Under the pieces are notes generated by a model. The model was not told the origin of the DNA. It ran no database searches and was given only the letters and a program-made list of their open reading frames with translations. Of a stretch of 64,000 nt of DNA, positions 1-13,799 are shown in pieces. The position numbers and the translations under genes were made by a program. The DNA lies in assembly GCA_040954595.2 (NCBI GenBank), contig CM082598.2, positions 806,001 to 870,000 on the forward strand, given 5' to 3'. The stretch comes from Balanoglossus misakiensis (Eukaryota; Animalia; Hemichordata). Position 1 is the first letter of the stretch, and each line of letters begins with the position of its first letter.

Positions 1-2476
1 GATCTAGTTGAAACCTTGTGAAAATACCGCAGGGTTAAATCTTTTAAGTGAAAGTAGAAAAAATTGCTTTATACTTTCATCATGCTAAAAAGTATATTTC
101 ATTAATATATTATACAGAGTGATTCATCCTGTGTGTCGTCGTGTGACTTTAGTCAGAACTTGAGACGTACATATTTTAATGATTTAAGGGATTTATTTAG
201 GGTGTGGTTCTTTCTACTGAAAGTTAGAGTTTATTTAAAAGATGTGTCGATAATAATTTTCATGACATTTATTCATTGAAATCTCATCCCAGAGCGATAT
301 GCATATGTTAATTACGGATAAAAGCGATCTTGGAAACAGTGAAAAACTGGTAAACTGATAAACAACCTTGTACTGTTTCTACACAAGAGAAAAAAACTAC
401 TGGTGGACTAAAATTGTGGGCTTTGATTTATGGAAAATTCCTCCTCTCCCTCCCCTCTCATTTAGTTGCAAGAAGCTCCCCGTGTGGCAATACCACCTAC
501 ATACTTCATTGTTGAGCATCGGGCCAGTCAAAAGTGGAATTTTCCACTTTTGTTGGTGGAAACCAGTAAGACGTCACTTTCGCACAAAACAACAAGTCAC
601 TGCACAATTGCATGGTATCAGAAACTGCCATTTTCCAGTCAATTATTTTCAATCATTGAATAAAAATGAATAGTAGATGTAGAGGTTCCTTTTTCCTTGA
701 ACCAACCATACAATAGCGGGTGACTCATAGTCATGTGATCTCCTCACCAAGGTCAAGGACACGTGGAGATGATTGGCGAGTCAACCATCAAACGAAGTCA
801 CTTAGTATAAAATTTACGGATGATCTAGAAATTTGTCACGAAGACTTTCATTAGCACATTGTCATGGCCGAATAAAAGCTGGTCGTTTCAGCGAAGGACT
901 CCTTGGTATTTGTCACGCAGATTTTGATAAGGGACATCGGATGTCGGTCTTTTTAACTTGTTGCTGTCAATTCTTTTGTGTAGAACATTCAGCGTAGCCG
1001 CGAAAGAACAGAAGCTTGAAATCCAGTTTAAATTTAAGTATGACTGATTGGAAGTTCTGGTCATGAATCTTGTGGTTGAAATGAAATGTTGGGGTCACAT
1101 ATTCTGGCGGGATGTTAAGTGTTAACAGTTGAAAGGGCAGCGGACAGCTTTTTGAGTGATTCAGAACAAAGAGATGGAATGAAGGGTTGTGGCTGCGGAT
1201 CATGACTGGGAACTTTAAGCAGTTGTTTGAAAGAAACGGCCTTGAATTGTGGTTCCATGACACGGACTCAATAATCAGTGGTTTGAAAGAAAAATCCTTG
1301 AGTTTTATATATGCTAGATTTCTATAACTACAATTCTGTACGATTACAATGGTTCACATTGGCATGCAAGGTCCTGGACTAGTTTTTCGTCCACATAGTC
1401 GCTTGTGCAATCCCAGTTTGGATCCAGTGTGAACTGAAGTCTATCCGACAGTAACTAGCTTGTATTTGTAACATCTCTTTCTCTCATTCCCAACCACTTG
1501 GAGTGCCGGATCAGCAGTGGGGGATATATCAATCCCATGATATCACCAAGAACCGGAATAAGATTTCTAACACTTGTGATTTGTGGATATTATGTCTCGT
1601 ACTTGCCTGAAGCTGGTTTAAGATAATATCCCCAACTCGCATAAGAAACATAATCTGAGATCCTTGAGGGTGTGAGATTCTATTAATCCAATCCATTCAG
1701 ATTAATATTAAGTCAGTCTGCTTTTAATTTCACATACAAATAACTAATTATGCTCATGTTTTATTTCTAACCATCCAAACTATGATATTAAATATTCTAT
1801 GCAGTTGGAATATTGCAGTATTTAATGTGTTATTGTTAGAATCTGTAAACTAGAGGGATAGGGATTGGTTTTCCGTGGATTGCGGAATGTACTCCATAGA
1901 AGAATCAGCTCAGAGGCATCTCAATAATTCCCACAATGTGATGTTAGTGTAGCTATAATGGGATTGGTTTGGAGGTCACTGTGTATTTACAACACGAGTC
2001 AATCGCCTGATGACTCATACTTCGACGAGCATCGTGGCGTTTCATCTCGTATTCAATCAATATTTACATATGACGTCTTCGTGAAAATCTGGTTATTACC
2101 AGTAGGTGTACATAATATTAGCAGAGTTTTAGCAGTCATTGAATGCAGGTTGTCTCAACTAAGTCTCAACAAAACCTTGGCTTGGTTTGAGCAGGGTATT
2201 AGTTTAAGCAGTTGTTGGTTGCAGAAGTCTCGATCAACTCACTTTGTCTCAACAAAAGCTGTAGCTGGATTTCATCAGGGCTGTGATTTGCAAAACATTT
2301 TGGGCGATCGTCCATCATATGTATGTCTGCATGTAGCTATGCTAACACTTCTTTCACGAAATGATGTTGATTTCATCCTTTGGTAAATTTTGATAACTGT
2401 TTGCGTATTTGGGTGAATCAGTAGTTTTAGTTTTATTCGCTTTCAACTGACCATATCTGGTTATTTTCTCTTACAG

Positions 2477-2895
2477 GTAACAATTCGTGAATTACTTTCA
2501 AGTTCGTGCAAAGTCGATGCGGATGACAATTGTGAAGTTATAGTCTATGATCAGTGCACCTCGGATGCCTCAGGAATTCAAGCCGAAAATTTTCTTTCTG
2601 TTCTACTAAAAAAATTATCAGGAACTTTCAGAAGTGTTTCTCTTCTTACAGGTAAGAATTTTTTTACAAAAACAATTATTTCCCCAATGAGTTTCATTTA
2701 TTAAAATATAAGACTTTGGAGTAGTTCTTTTCCTGGAGGGATTAAATTTACCATGAAGTAGATTCCAAGTTTCTCAACTCTTGGACAAAACATCTGTCAT
2801 ATCATTATGTTTTTTTGGATATGTGTAGTCCATGCTAAGCTCAAAACTTCAATGGAAGTTATACATACTACAAATCATTTATTTAAAAGCAATTG

Positions 2896-2926
<31 letters not shown>

Positions 2927-5310
2927 CAACTTGGAATCTTTTTTTGTCCATTTAGGTGGCTTTGCGGATTTCCAGTCGTGTTTTCCAAGTCTGTGTGAAT
3001 CTCAGGGTACGACGACAAAGTTTTCAGCTTTGGCGCCATTATCACAACCGTGTATGCCGATCGCAAACGTCGGACCCACCAAGATCTTACCGTACCTCTA
3101 CGTCGGTTCTCAACAAGATGTTTTCAATCAAGACCTAATGCATACTATTGGTATCGAGTATGTTCTGAATATTAGTAAAACCTGCCCCATTCCAAACACG
3201 CTCCAGGAAGGACATTTTTGCCGGATTCCAGTAAACGACAACTACGGAGAAAAAATCTTACCATGGTTTGACCAAGCTATTGAATTTATCAGTAAGTAAC
3301 ATTTATTATTATGGAGACGGAGAAATTCTGACTCAAAGTACTCTTGTATTGAAACAAGTTCCTTTCCTGCTATGCGTCTGTCTGTGTGTCTCTCTGACTA
3401 TGTATGAACAGTGTAAAAAACTAAGCTATGATGTTTAGTGTTTTAGTACTCAACATAATGATGTATTATGGGTGGAAATAATCGTACACAAATGTTATGA
3501 TTACCCAAATATGTTAAAAAGATTAAAATCTAATCTGATTTTAATTGATTCATTTTCAGATAAAGTTCAAAGTTCAAATGGAAAGGTGATAGTTCACTGC
3601 TTGGCGGGCGTGTCACGGTCTGCTACCATAGCAATAGCCTATGTCATGAAACACTTGCACATGTCGTCTGATGATGCCTACAGGTAAGGCTTGTTTATTT
3701 TGATTATGTGACTGAATGATTCTCCAGTGTTGATTGCTGCATATAATATTTGAGTTAATCTGCATTTATCATGAGGTATGTGGAAGTAACATGACATCTA
3801 ACTGCTTGTTTTAATTACTCGATACAGGTATGTTAAGGATAAACGACCCACCATCTCACCAAATTTTAACTTCTTGGGCCAACTGCTAGAATTCGAAAAG
3901 AAACTGAAAGAAGAAGACAAAGGAAACGACGGAGTAATAACCACCCAACCCATCGCTGGAGATGTGATCACTCCTCAACCGAGGTCACCTAGTCCTTACA
4001 GAGACAGGCGATTTCATTTCAATAGAATAACCGCTGAGAAAACACCATGTTCGATTTACGAAAGTGACAATCAACCATCAGAAAGAAAACGTACTAAAGT
4101 ATCCAATGTCAGCATCAAAGTTGGCAACACCACAGCCAATGTCTGTGTATCTATACCTCAGGGAAGAAAATCACCACAGCGTCCAACTGGTTTGGACGTT
4201 AATAAGCTTTCACATATGGGACCACTGTTAGGCGTGCAGACCTGTCCTGGCTCAACTCTTCAGCAAACTCAATCAGAATCGCAAGCTAACGCTGGAGGAA
4301 GATTTCTGCGACAGTTCTCGTTCAAGGATGATTACCCATCACCACCATTATCAGGTCAAAACTCGCCGCAACTGACAATAAGGAGCGTAGAAAAACCGTC
4401 TGGGAAACCGGTCAGCCCAGAGTCTCTGAGACAAGTGGATTATTTGACCAGCGCACTCAGTGTCAACTCTCCTGATATTAAACTTGAAAACCCCTTTGCT
4501 GTGAAGAAAACCAAACTCGCTGACATCAGGGATTGCATCACCACGGAAACGACCAAGATCAGCGAATGCATTGCTATGGAAACCCAGGATTACCTTGAAC
4601 CTAAGATAACTCCTGGTTGTCAAAATTTATTTTTCAGCCCAGATGTTATGTCAAACCCTCCAGAGGTCAAGGTCAGTGAAGAAGTCATTGTACAGTCCTG
4701 TCCGGTAGTGCCATTGGAAGATAGAGCAGCAAAGGTCTACCAACAAACAAACATCAAGAAGTCTGACACCATAGCAACACATCATGAAGACGCGGAATCA
4801 AAAAACTCAAAAACCTGGTCTCAGCAGATCCATGTTGAGACCAGGAAGAAAACTGGTGGATGTGATGAGAAAAATGAGATGAAGTCCTCATCTCAAACCG
4901 GGAAACATGAAGTTGGCCATAACAATAGTGCAAAACTAAAGAGTAAACAAACCAAGATAAAAACACAACACAGAGATCCAAAACAAACAAAACAGCAACA
5001 CGAAAAGGTGGATAGTAACCGCTATGTTGAACGAAAACAAGAACATTTCATCGAGAAGATTCCATGTGAATTGCTGGCAAGTCAACAGGTGATGGAATGT
5101 TTTGCTTTCCAAGAGACAACATGGACGCCATCCAAGCCATGTAAGAGTCGCGATTTCATGTTGCATGACGATCGTGGGTCGACAGGATCTGTGGAATCCA
5201 TGGACTGCCATTTCCAAGACATGGCGAACGATATGGATGACACCAACGGTAACACCCTTAGCAACCAGCGATCTCTATGCGGCAGCTGTGAAATGATCGA
5301 GGTCTCTTAG
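2477..5310 (+). CDS. DUSP16: Dual-specificity MAP kinase phosphatase, DUSP8/DUSP16 (MKP7) type; 5' exon(s) lie upstream of the window
   Basis: GT-AG exons 2477-2651, 2956-3291, 3560-3683, 3828-5310 join in frame. They encode the end of the rhodanese domain (VIVYDQ...FLSVLLKKL...LLTGGFADFQSCFPSLCE) and the DSP domain (GPTKILPYLYVGSQ, VHCLAGVSRSATIAIAY, RPTISPNFNFLGQLLEFE). A long low-complexity tail ends in MIEVS*, matching the IEVS end of DUSP8/16. Confidence 0.93.
2897..2926. repeat. (TATT)n microsatellite in DUSP intron
   Basis: Directly visible tandem TATT units. Confidence 0.9.
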
Positions 5311-8300
5311 TGTAACTATGTATGGAACTCATGAACACAACAAGTTTAAAAGTAGAAACATTTTAGCAGACGAGACAGAACGGGTTTTTTCACGGAACCC
5401 AATCAGTGAAAATGTTGACTACAGAAGTGTATTTCTAACGTGTTTTGTAAAAATAATGTGGCTTATTTTCATAACTTGACCATATGGACTCCATCTTGGA
5501 TAACAACGAGGCACTTTTGAATTTTCTTTAAGAATACACGGAACTAGTCTTAATCTTTATTATGAATATTCCATAGTCGAACCATCAAGATCTCTGTGCA
5601 ATAATTAATTTTGTGTGACAATACTTTATTCAGATGGTGTATTTAGGACTGTGATTTGGGAAGCTACACTTGATATGTATGCCATGTGGGCAGAGTACAA
5701 ACAGACTCCATCTGGCATCCAGTGATCTGTTAACAGCTCTACTTAGAGTTAGAGGTTAGTACTTGAAGCTGTAGCTGCCATTTTGTTGAGTTTTAATATT
5801 CAAAGACAGCGTTAGGTCTTGTACCTGGCTAGGCACTGTTAACAATTTCTTAGAGTCGCGTATGGAGGACCGTACTGATGAATCAGAAATGAATTAGAAC
5901 AGGGTCCTCTTCATATCAGTACTAAGATCTTTAAAACTTAACTGGCGTCAGTGGGTTTTGCAGCACAAGCTTCATTCACGTTTATTGATTCATAAATGGA
6001 CCGTACAGATGAACTGTGAGTGATATCCAGATATCTGTACAGATGAACTGTGACGGATATCCAGACCCCATGATATTTATTAATGGCACTAGAAAATGCT
6101 ATTCTTGTCAAGAGATTTGGTAGAGTAAAAATAGTTGTACTGTAGTCCGTACTTGAGTGTTCGATCAGTGAAAATGAAATGTTAGGGAAATCTTGTGGAC
6201 ATGACCCGGTCGGGGACAACTAACTCATCCTCGTCTGCATCCAATATGTCAGTGGGTTTTTTGAAGTGTAGGCAACACTCAGGGTCAGATTTACTCCTAG
6301 CTATTGTGCCTTGTCAACCAAATATAGTATTCCCCACATCAAAAATGCAGTAAAACGGGATCTACATATAGACCCTTTATGTAGGCCGCCAGTGTATATG
6401 TGTAAAATGTGCGACTGTTGGCATAGGCCATGTCTGATTGGCCAATTTGCTATTATTGATGTCTGATTGGTTAAATACACCAGCTGATCTGTGATTTGTC
6501 AAACTAACAACAGCTGAAGTGTAATTGGTCAAACTGCACCAGATGCCTGATTACTCAAATCTGAAGCCAGTTGATTTGGAAATTACTCCAGTTTAAAAGA
6601 GGTGTATTATTTATGAAAAATCTGCTTTTGTTAACAATGACTTTGATGTCTCAGTTAACACATGCCATCTGCCTTACTTTGCAGGCCTGCAAATTGTTAC
6701 ATGTTTACAGAAATAGCAACATTGTGCCTTTTTCATCTGGTTGCATTGATAACATGGTACATTTTTGTTAAAATATTGTCACACAGCCCAGGATATATGA
6801 ATGGATGAACCATTAGAAAGTCGGACAATCTTTACTTGATGTTTGAAGAATGTTATTGTTAGAGAATTAGAGTTATCATCTAACTTAATTTATTCTTTGT
6901 TTAATGTCCTCTGTTTAGGTGTGTAATTGGTGAGCATGTTGTCATAGTAACTTGTGATATTTCCTTTCTTCTAAATGTTGCCAGGTGATTTGCATATTTA
7001 ACTCTTTACCCTTTTGAATAAGGTTAAAGACTTCGACAAATTTATTATTATATTGCAATGTTTATGAAAACAATCAGTGTATTGGAAGAACCGAAATATG
7101 GAATTGAAAAAAAGTACCATATTTATGATTTTGAGTATTTTTGATTATTCCTAAATTGCTTTGGAAATCCAATAACTCAAGGAATTCCAAGAAATGGTTC
7201 TTTTGGTAACAAGTTAGTTATTACACGTTTTCATGTCTGTCTCACTGTGGATGATAAATTACTGTTATGTAAGTGTATTTGGTGAATAATTTATTGACGT
7301 GACATGATAATTTATTGTCTGATTGCATTCTCTCTGAAGTTGGCTGCCAACAACTGGTTTGGTGCCGATCATTTTAATTACCATAAAATCCCTATTAGGG
7401 GTAAAAGCCATAAGACTTTTCACTGCATTCCATTGTCAGTTCGCTGATCTCTCTATATTTATTTTGGGCTTTGTAAATTATGTCAAGCAATTGTTTGAGT
7501 TTCTAAAGGTACTAAATTAATTGATATTTGGTTTGAAAATTCATGTGGTGGCTATTAAGTTGGGATGCAGCATAAAATAGGAATTTTATGGTAAAGTGTT
7601 TATGATTGTATCATACTCAGAAAAGAAGTATTAGCTATCTCTCTTAGATGACATTCATTAATAAGCAGTCTCCATCTATTTCCTTGATCAAGAGAATCTA
7701 TTCCTTAGAAATTTATCCAGATGTAGGTGATTCCGTAGTTGTCTGCAAATACAACATTTAGTCAAACTCTGCTTTTTTCTCTGGGGATCAGGTCATAGGT
7801 CACCGCCATCAGATTGCTTTCACATTGAAATGAGCACAGCTTTGGTTCTTGGTTTACAGAGGAATTGTTTGTTTGTTGTTTATTTGACATAAACAGTGAC
7901 TTTTTCCGAGCATCACTTTCTTTCTCTCTTATGTATTTCTGTGTTATAATCAGAGCAATAACATCTTTTAGTCACTTTTCAGTACTATTGTTTCCAGATG
8001 AAACTAAATCGACATCTTTCATCATTAATGGCGAGGGACTAAAATATCCTTAAGAACTCTAATCAGTACATGAATTGATGGTGGTCATGGTAACCGCTGT
8101 ATGTTAATGAGTACTCCTGAATCTAAAGAGAACCAACTCCTGTTTGCAATGAATTTCAATACATTTTCCACCTTTCAGATTAGTTCTCAGGTTTGCGATA
8201 GAACCCACCTAGAACAGTGAAGATTTATTGATGCGAATTAGATAATGCCCCGTAGTACAGCTGGGATTATCTTTGCGGCAAACTTAGACATACAGAAATC

Positions 8301-8830
8301 ATATTGGGTGATTTCAGTAGCCCTTTGGGAATGACTGTCAAAATGGATGAAAGTGATAACACATGGAGGCTTAATGAATGTGTTTTGTTTGATGTTCATT
8401 TGCAAAATCTGTTGTATGTTAGATTCGATTTGAGCTGCAGAACTGTGCGAAAGATTTCTGTCTGAGTTTGTTTTTATACCATTGCAGTCCTTGTCTTTAG
8501 CAGGAACTAACTGAATACACGTAGGATCAGAACAATGTAAAAAACAGAACAATGCAGTCCAACCATTGATGAAGAAAGACTTTAAGTTTACTCAATATAT
8601 TTCCTGTAACCGTGGAGGTACTTTTTTGACACAAAGACAATTTCTGGACAGAGTTGAGTAGGGCATTCAATGATAAAACTGTGCCTAAAACCAGCGTTTT
8701 TGTCATTTATTGGCCTAATTCTCTTGTTTGTTTTTTCTTCCCTTTGTGGAAATTTTTCATCTTGTGATAAAGTGTATTGTCAACTTGTTGTCATTGTTTC
8801 TGTTTATTCAAGCAATAAATATGTTATAAA
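5311..8830 (+). other. Probable long AU-rich 3' UTR of the DUSP gene
   Basis: No convincing ORF, several ATTTA motifs, AATAAA at 8814-8819. The end point is inferred. Confidence 0.45.
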
Positions 8831-9872
8831 TGAAACTCCATGGCTGTCTAGTGAAAGTGACAAGAACAACATGTAGTTAAATGAACCCAAAATGTTTGAC
8901 CAAGATCTTTTAAGATTCATGTTTAATATTTTGTGTAAAGTCCAATAGAAAATCGCTGCATGTTATTTCCTTGGATGGTAGAGAAAGAAGGATCATTTAG
9001 TTACGATCATTGTGAACCTAGAATTTGCCTAACTAATTTATTTACATATACATGTACAATGTCATGTCCAAGAACCCGGTGTATTTCTTTCAAAACTAAG
9101 TCACGTAGTCAGATTTTCTCTTCCACAACACTTAAACTTGTTTAACCTTGAACGAATCGAGTAATATAACGCAAAAAGTTGGAAAAAATGGCAGCAATAT
9201 CAAAGTTTCGAATGCTATCGCACATCACTTGAGTAGAGAAGCATCGAACATGAAGGTATCATCACGCATCTTGTTAAACGCTGACGTAAAATTTTCACTA
9301 ATTCCGTACACGCCGCTGTTTCATTGGTCAATTTACGTTCACGAACGCTCTCAAATGGTTATATTTCTGCACGTTTGAAGAATGTTTGCTATTAGCTGTT
9401 GCAAGGTAAGAAAAATGAAATCGAAAATTTCCATTGTCACGATGTTTGCTGTTGGTCATTACATTTCTGATTGGATGGTTCTCGAGGAAGATTTAGATCG
9501 CGTTAGTTATTAGTGGTCCATTTCAAATTATACAGTGTTCGCTATCGGTTTTTCTTGTTTATTTCTTGAAAGATTCACTACCCCGATACAAGGAATATAC
9601 TCGTACATTTACACTAATTTACAGTCAGCTGGCATAGAATTTTATCAAAATTGTCGGTGGGGGCGCAGCACCGACCCACTGCATGGCGCACGTGGTTTTC
9701 TGAATTTGTTGGTAATTTCATGCATTGGGTTAAAAATTACAGATAGAATTGTTTAAATAACGTCATTTGTTTATTTTTAAATATGGGGAACGCATATTAG
9801 GCAGTGCGTTTTGCACTTCTTAGCTAAAGTTTCTCGAGAAAATACTATAAAGTACATTTCTTGAAATTCTAC

Positions 9873-9940
9873 AAGGGGGCGCAACAAACAACCTACGCGT
9901 ACGTAGTCTGTACGCTTAGGCTGCGCGCGTGCGCCCCCTT
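9873..9940. repeat. GC-rich imperfect inverted repeat (hairpin), possibly a MITE remnant
   Basis: AAGGGGGCGCA...TGCGCCCCCTT outer arms and CCTACGCGTAC/GTACGCTTAGG inner arms. Confidence 0.7.
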
Positions 9941-11711
9941 TCACAATGTTTCAGTTCTTATAAACGCACTTACCTTAACTATTAAGGAACTTACCTTCAA
10001 AATGGGATGAACATACGTACATGCATTGAACAACAGAAAAATAACTACCGCACACCAACAGCAAACCATGTTTTTCAGCGACCAAAGTGCTTGAGTGAAA
10101 ATTTATGTAAATGAGACATGCTTTTGACAATTCCTGCAAATACTAAACACTAATTTTCATTACCTTTCAAACTTGGCCTTTGAATTCCGTGACAGTCCCG
10201 TGTAGTTCCCACCACAAAGGAGACAAGCGAATACTGTTATTTGGCTTTCCTCGGTGATAAATTCCATATTTTCCAGAGAAGAACTATAGTTCACACACAA
10301 CACGTTGAATACCATAACCGTCAACGAAGCTATTACGCGACTCTACATAAAAGTTTCCTTCTTCACAAGTTTCCACGCACATTTCGTAAAACTATCCAAA
10401 ATATAATCCGGGTTGATGTTTGGGTCGTTCCAGTTCAAAAAGTCACCAATATCCGCTGTAAAATAAGGGCGAGCAGAAAAACGCGTACGCTGCTTGTAAT
10501 CCACACGCGGCCAGCAGACGACATTTTCAAAAAAATTGTTTGCAAACACTGCGACTGCGCAGATATTAATGTACGTTTACATATGTTTTGCATAATTATG
10601 TGTGGCTGAAATATGATCACTATTAGGTTTAAAACTAGTTATCATTCGTTTGTTTAGTGGCACTCATAATGTCCCATATTTTCCGGTATTTTTTGAGTGT
10701 TAAGTGTAGCTAGGTGTCGGAGCACGGTTGTAGACAATATTGGAAAGGGCCTGTGACAATCAGTTTATCCGTGCAAAACCCTAAGCTTATTCCCAATACT
10801 TTCATATACTTCTTTACAGATAATCCTGACCCAGTGCCACAGAAAATCGGACAAACACTGACAGACACAATCGATTCGTCTTTGCGGAATATTTTCACGA
10901 ATTCCTCGCATCGCAGGACTGAGCGTATGTTGATAGTACATCACACAGGTATGTGTTCATGAATTTGTAATCACATTAACTACATTCACATTGTGCCCAC
11001 CATTATACATGTACTGTCTACATGTTTTCCCTTTTATTCAACCATGTCGGTGTTTGATTAAATTAGCGAAGTTTATTTAACTCTCACCAAACAGCGGAGT
11101 CCCTTTTACTTAAAAAGCTTCCTTGCCCTTTTAAAGTGGAAATATTTGTTGATTGGCTTATGACTTTTGTGAAAACTATTACTGGCACAAATATTTTCAC
11201 TGCAAACAAATGGTTTGGTTTAACAATCAGTGTTCATCACTCGTGATGGCCAATCATTGAAAAGCAATCACATTACGTGGTGTCTAACTACGTTCAGGTC
11301 GTAGATGTTTGGGCGACAAAAAGTTGAGTCGTGCAAAACGACATAGTTCCATTTTCGAGGGGAAGATGTCGCCATGTTCGTCCCGGCGTCACATATCCAA
11401 CAAGACCTGAGCAAGTGAGCTGAGGTTCTTGGTCCACAAAGAGATCAGAAGATCTCGAAGTCCATCGTTGGTCCGAAAAACATCAGATCTGTGTGATATC
11501 GTCGATGCCAAGAGAACGAAGTGCTACTGGATTGCTATGGTTTGTTGACATGACAACGACGCAGAAATGGAAGCGGATAGCGGTGCGTCTGTCGAAGCGA
11601 GGACAACACACACAGTTCCAGCGTCATCTTCAGTCGGAACGTTTCACGTCAATCTCTCCGCTGACCACCAGAAAGGGCGATTCACTGGACTATTCGACCT
11701 AAACTGTTTGC

Positions 11712-13508
11712 ATGGAAACCAAGGCAATGGATCGAAGTAAATACTTATCCAAAATGGTCAATAAACGGACAGGTAATATGGCGGATGCCAGGAGGCGAAA
11801 TGTGCGAGAACAGGCGATGTTGGAAATGCGATTAAAACTTCTAGAGAAGGAAAGACAGACTTGTACTGTTTCTATTAATCTTGACATTCGAAGCATAAAG
11901 TCGTCTTTGATACCTCTCAGGAAGTCTACAGGTATTTCCCCGAAAGGACTTCCAGTTGATAGTGAAGATGAAAGTTTCTCGAATTCATCATGGAGCAATG
12001 TAAAAGAGCATTCGATTAAAATGGTATCAACGTTCAAAGAAGAAGACGCTGTCGGGAGAGATTATCGGTTGATCTGTCGGTCCGCTGATGGTACAGCAGC
12101 ATCGCGTCGTGGTAGGGTGATGTCAAGTTTAAGTAGAACAGTCGGTGTCTCAAGACAGAACAGTTTGTTGTCAAAGGCATCGTCATATGGTACAAGTTCG
12201 ACTGGACAAACTGACCGAAGGGAAGGATATTGCAAGGAAGTAATGCAAATAAGTTCAAGAAATTCTTCGAAGATGTCGGAAGGGATAAAAGTAAGACAAA
12301 AGAGACGATTCAGTCGCCCACAATCAGCAAGCGCAGAAATGACATTCATAACACAAGACCGGAAAAGTGAAAATCTGACATCCAGCACCTATGGCGTTAA
12401 CAAATCGAAACATAGACATCTTGATAACATCAAAGATAAGAACAGTTCTGCTCATTGTAGTGGTCTGGATTTGAAATCGTCAAACCAACCAAATAATGTG
12501 ACTAAAATGTCAGCAACGAATGAGAGTAATTGTTCCGAGCTGGTCTCTTCATGTCAAGCGAGAGAAAGGCGGGTTAAATCTGCAGTGGCTACTAATACAT
12601 TGAAACATTGCGATGGCATAAAAGCTACCGCTGAAACTGTGCCATCGCATCATTCCAAGATCAAAGAGTTGACACAAAGTCCGGTTCTGAATTCATTGCG
12701 TGATGGGTCCTTCGTCCCACATCCAAGGCAAAAATCAAAATTTGCGTGGAGTGGGGCATTTGTGTCGGGACATGTACAACGAAAGAATGTACACAGTCGT
12801 GGAATGCAAGCAAATGGATGTCACCGAACTACAAACGACAAGTACAATAATGTTGATAGAAAAAACTGTCAATCTTTTATTGTAAGACACAATGATTACC
12901 ACAAAAACAAAGAAGATAATTTCGTCATGGAAAAATTCCTACGCGACGTATTAAACGAAAACAATGACACAAAGAAAATGAATACTAATTTATCAACACA
13001 GTCCAGTATTTCTAAACAAACAGAATCGACAGACGCGGTTTCCGTGGAGACAAATCGCGAGGATACCAAACCCATCGCGGCGATGCTGCAGTTAAAACCA
13101 ATAGCTGAAATGGCTGTGTCGACGACTCCCTTCAAAAAGAATGTGCAGTTGAACGACGATTCAGAATCAGATTTCGAACCAAGCAAGCCTGAATCCTCAA
13201 CAAGTGCTGGGGACGTCAAGGAAAGGCCCCTGCACGAGTACGAATCCAATTCCAAAGTCTCCAGCAGCCAATGGCGAAGGGAATTGAGGATAGAAGCGCC
13301 ACCTGGTATGACGTCATCAGAGAAAACGATAATTCCAGCGATGTCAAAGATGGCAAGAGAGAGGGAGCTGAACCGATTGCAAGATGAAAACTCTGTCGAT
13401 GTTACCATGGTGATCGACAAAGAAAGACAGTCAAAAGTTGATAATAAAATGAAAGTATTTGTTTCTTTGTGGAAGCAAAGACGCGACAGTCGTATCGACT
13501 TCGAGTAA
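11712..13508 (+). CDS. Uncharacterised 598-aa protein; N-terminal coiled coil and Ser/Lys/Asn-rich disordered remainder
   Basis: Uninterrupted 1.8-kb ATG-initiated ORF. The helix ADARRRNVREQAMLEMRLKLLEKER is loosely CCDC190-like (weak inference). Confidence 0.8.
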   Translation: METKAMDRSKYLSKMVNKRTGNMADARRRNVREQAMLEMRLKLLEKERQTCTVSINLDIRSIKSSLIPLRKSTGISPKGLPVDSEDESFSNSSWSNVKEHSIKMVSTFKEEDAVGRDYRLICRSADGTAASRRGRVMSSLSRTVGVSRQNSLLSKASSYGTSSTGQTDRREGYCKEVMQISSRNSSKMSEGIKVRQKRRFSRPQSASAEMTFITQDRKSENLTSSTYGVNKSKHRHLDNIKDKNSSAHCSGLDLKSSNQPNNVTKMSATNESNCSELVSSCQARERRVKSAVATNTLKHCDGIKATAETVPSHHSKIKELTQSPVLNSLRDGSFVPHPRQKSKFAWSGAFVSGHVQRKNVHSRGMQANGCHRTTNDKYNNVDRKNCQSFIVRHNDYHKNKEDNFVMEKFLRDVLNENNDTKKMNTNLSTQSSISKQTESTDAVSVETNREDTKPIAAMLQLKPIAEMAVSTTPFKKNVQLNDDSESDFEPSKPESSTSAGDVKERPLHEYESNSKVSSSQWRRELRIEAPPGMTSSEKTIIPAMSKMARERELNRLQDENSVDVTMVIDKERQSKVDNKMKVFVSLWKQRRDSRIDFE

Positions 13509-13799
13509 ATCGTGATTTTTGACTTCGACACGGGGTAATTCGGAATAAGACTTTTCAAAAGTACTAAACTTGTTTTGATCTTTGAAAGTTAATATCTGAA
13601 CTTGACATTAATATGAAAAAAAACCCTTACATATACAAAATATATAAATACACTAAATAAATAAAGTAATAAAAGTATATAATGTAAGAAAATGTACGCA
13701 AGGCTATCCACATCTCTTTTACTATGCGCAGAATAGTTGCAGTGATGCCTGCTTTGAGCAAAATTTCTTCAGGAGTCGGGGATGTGTTTCGAATACATG

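Noticed and set aside
5596-5603. GTGCAATA (miR-92-family seed match) in the DUSP 3' UTR
   Set aside because: A single 8-mer cannot be told from chance without conservation data.
6002-6065. Two-copy ~33-bp direct repeat (GTACAGATGAACTGTGA...GATATCCAGA)
   Set aside because: Simple local duplication in a UTR-like region, with no sign of function.
12896-13558. 220-aa minus-strand ORF
   Set aside because: Antisense shadow of the 598-aa ORF with no recognisable features.
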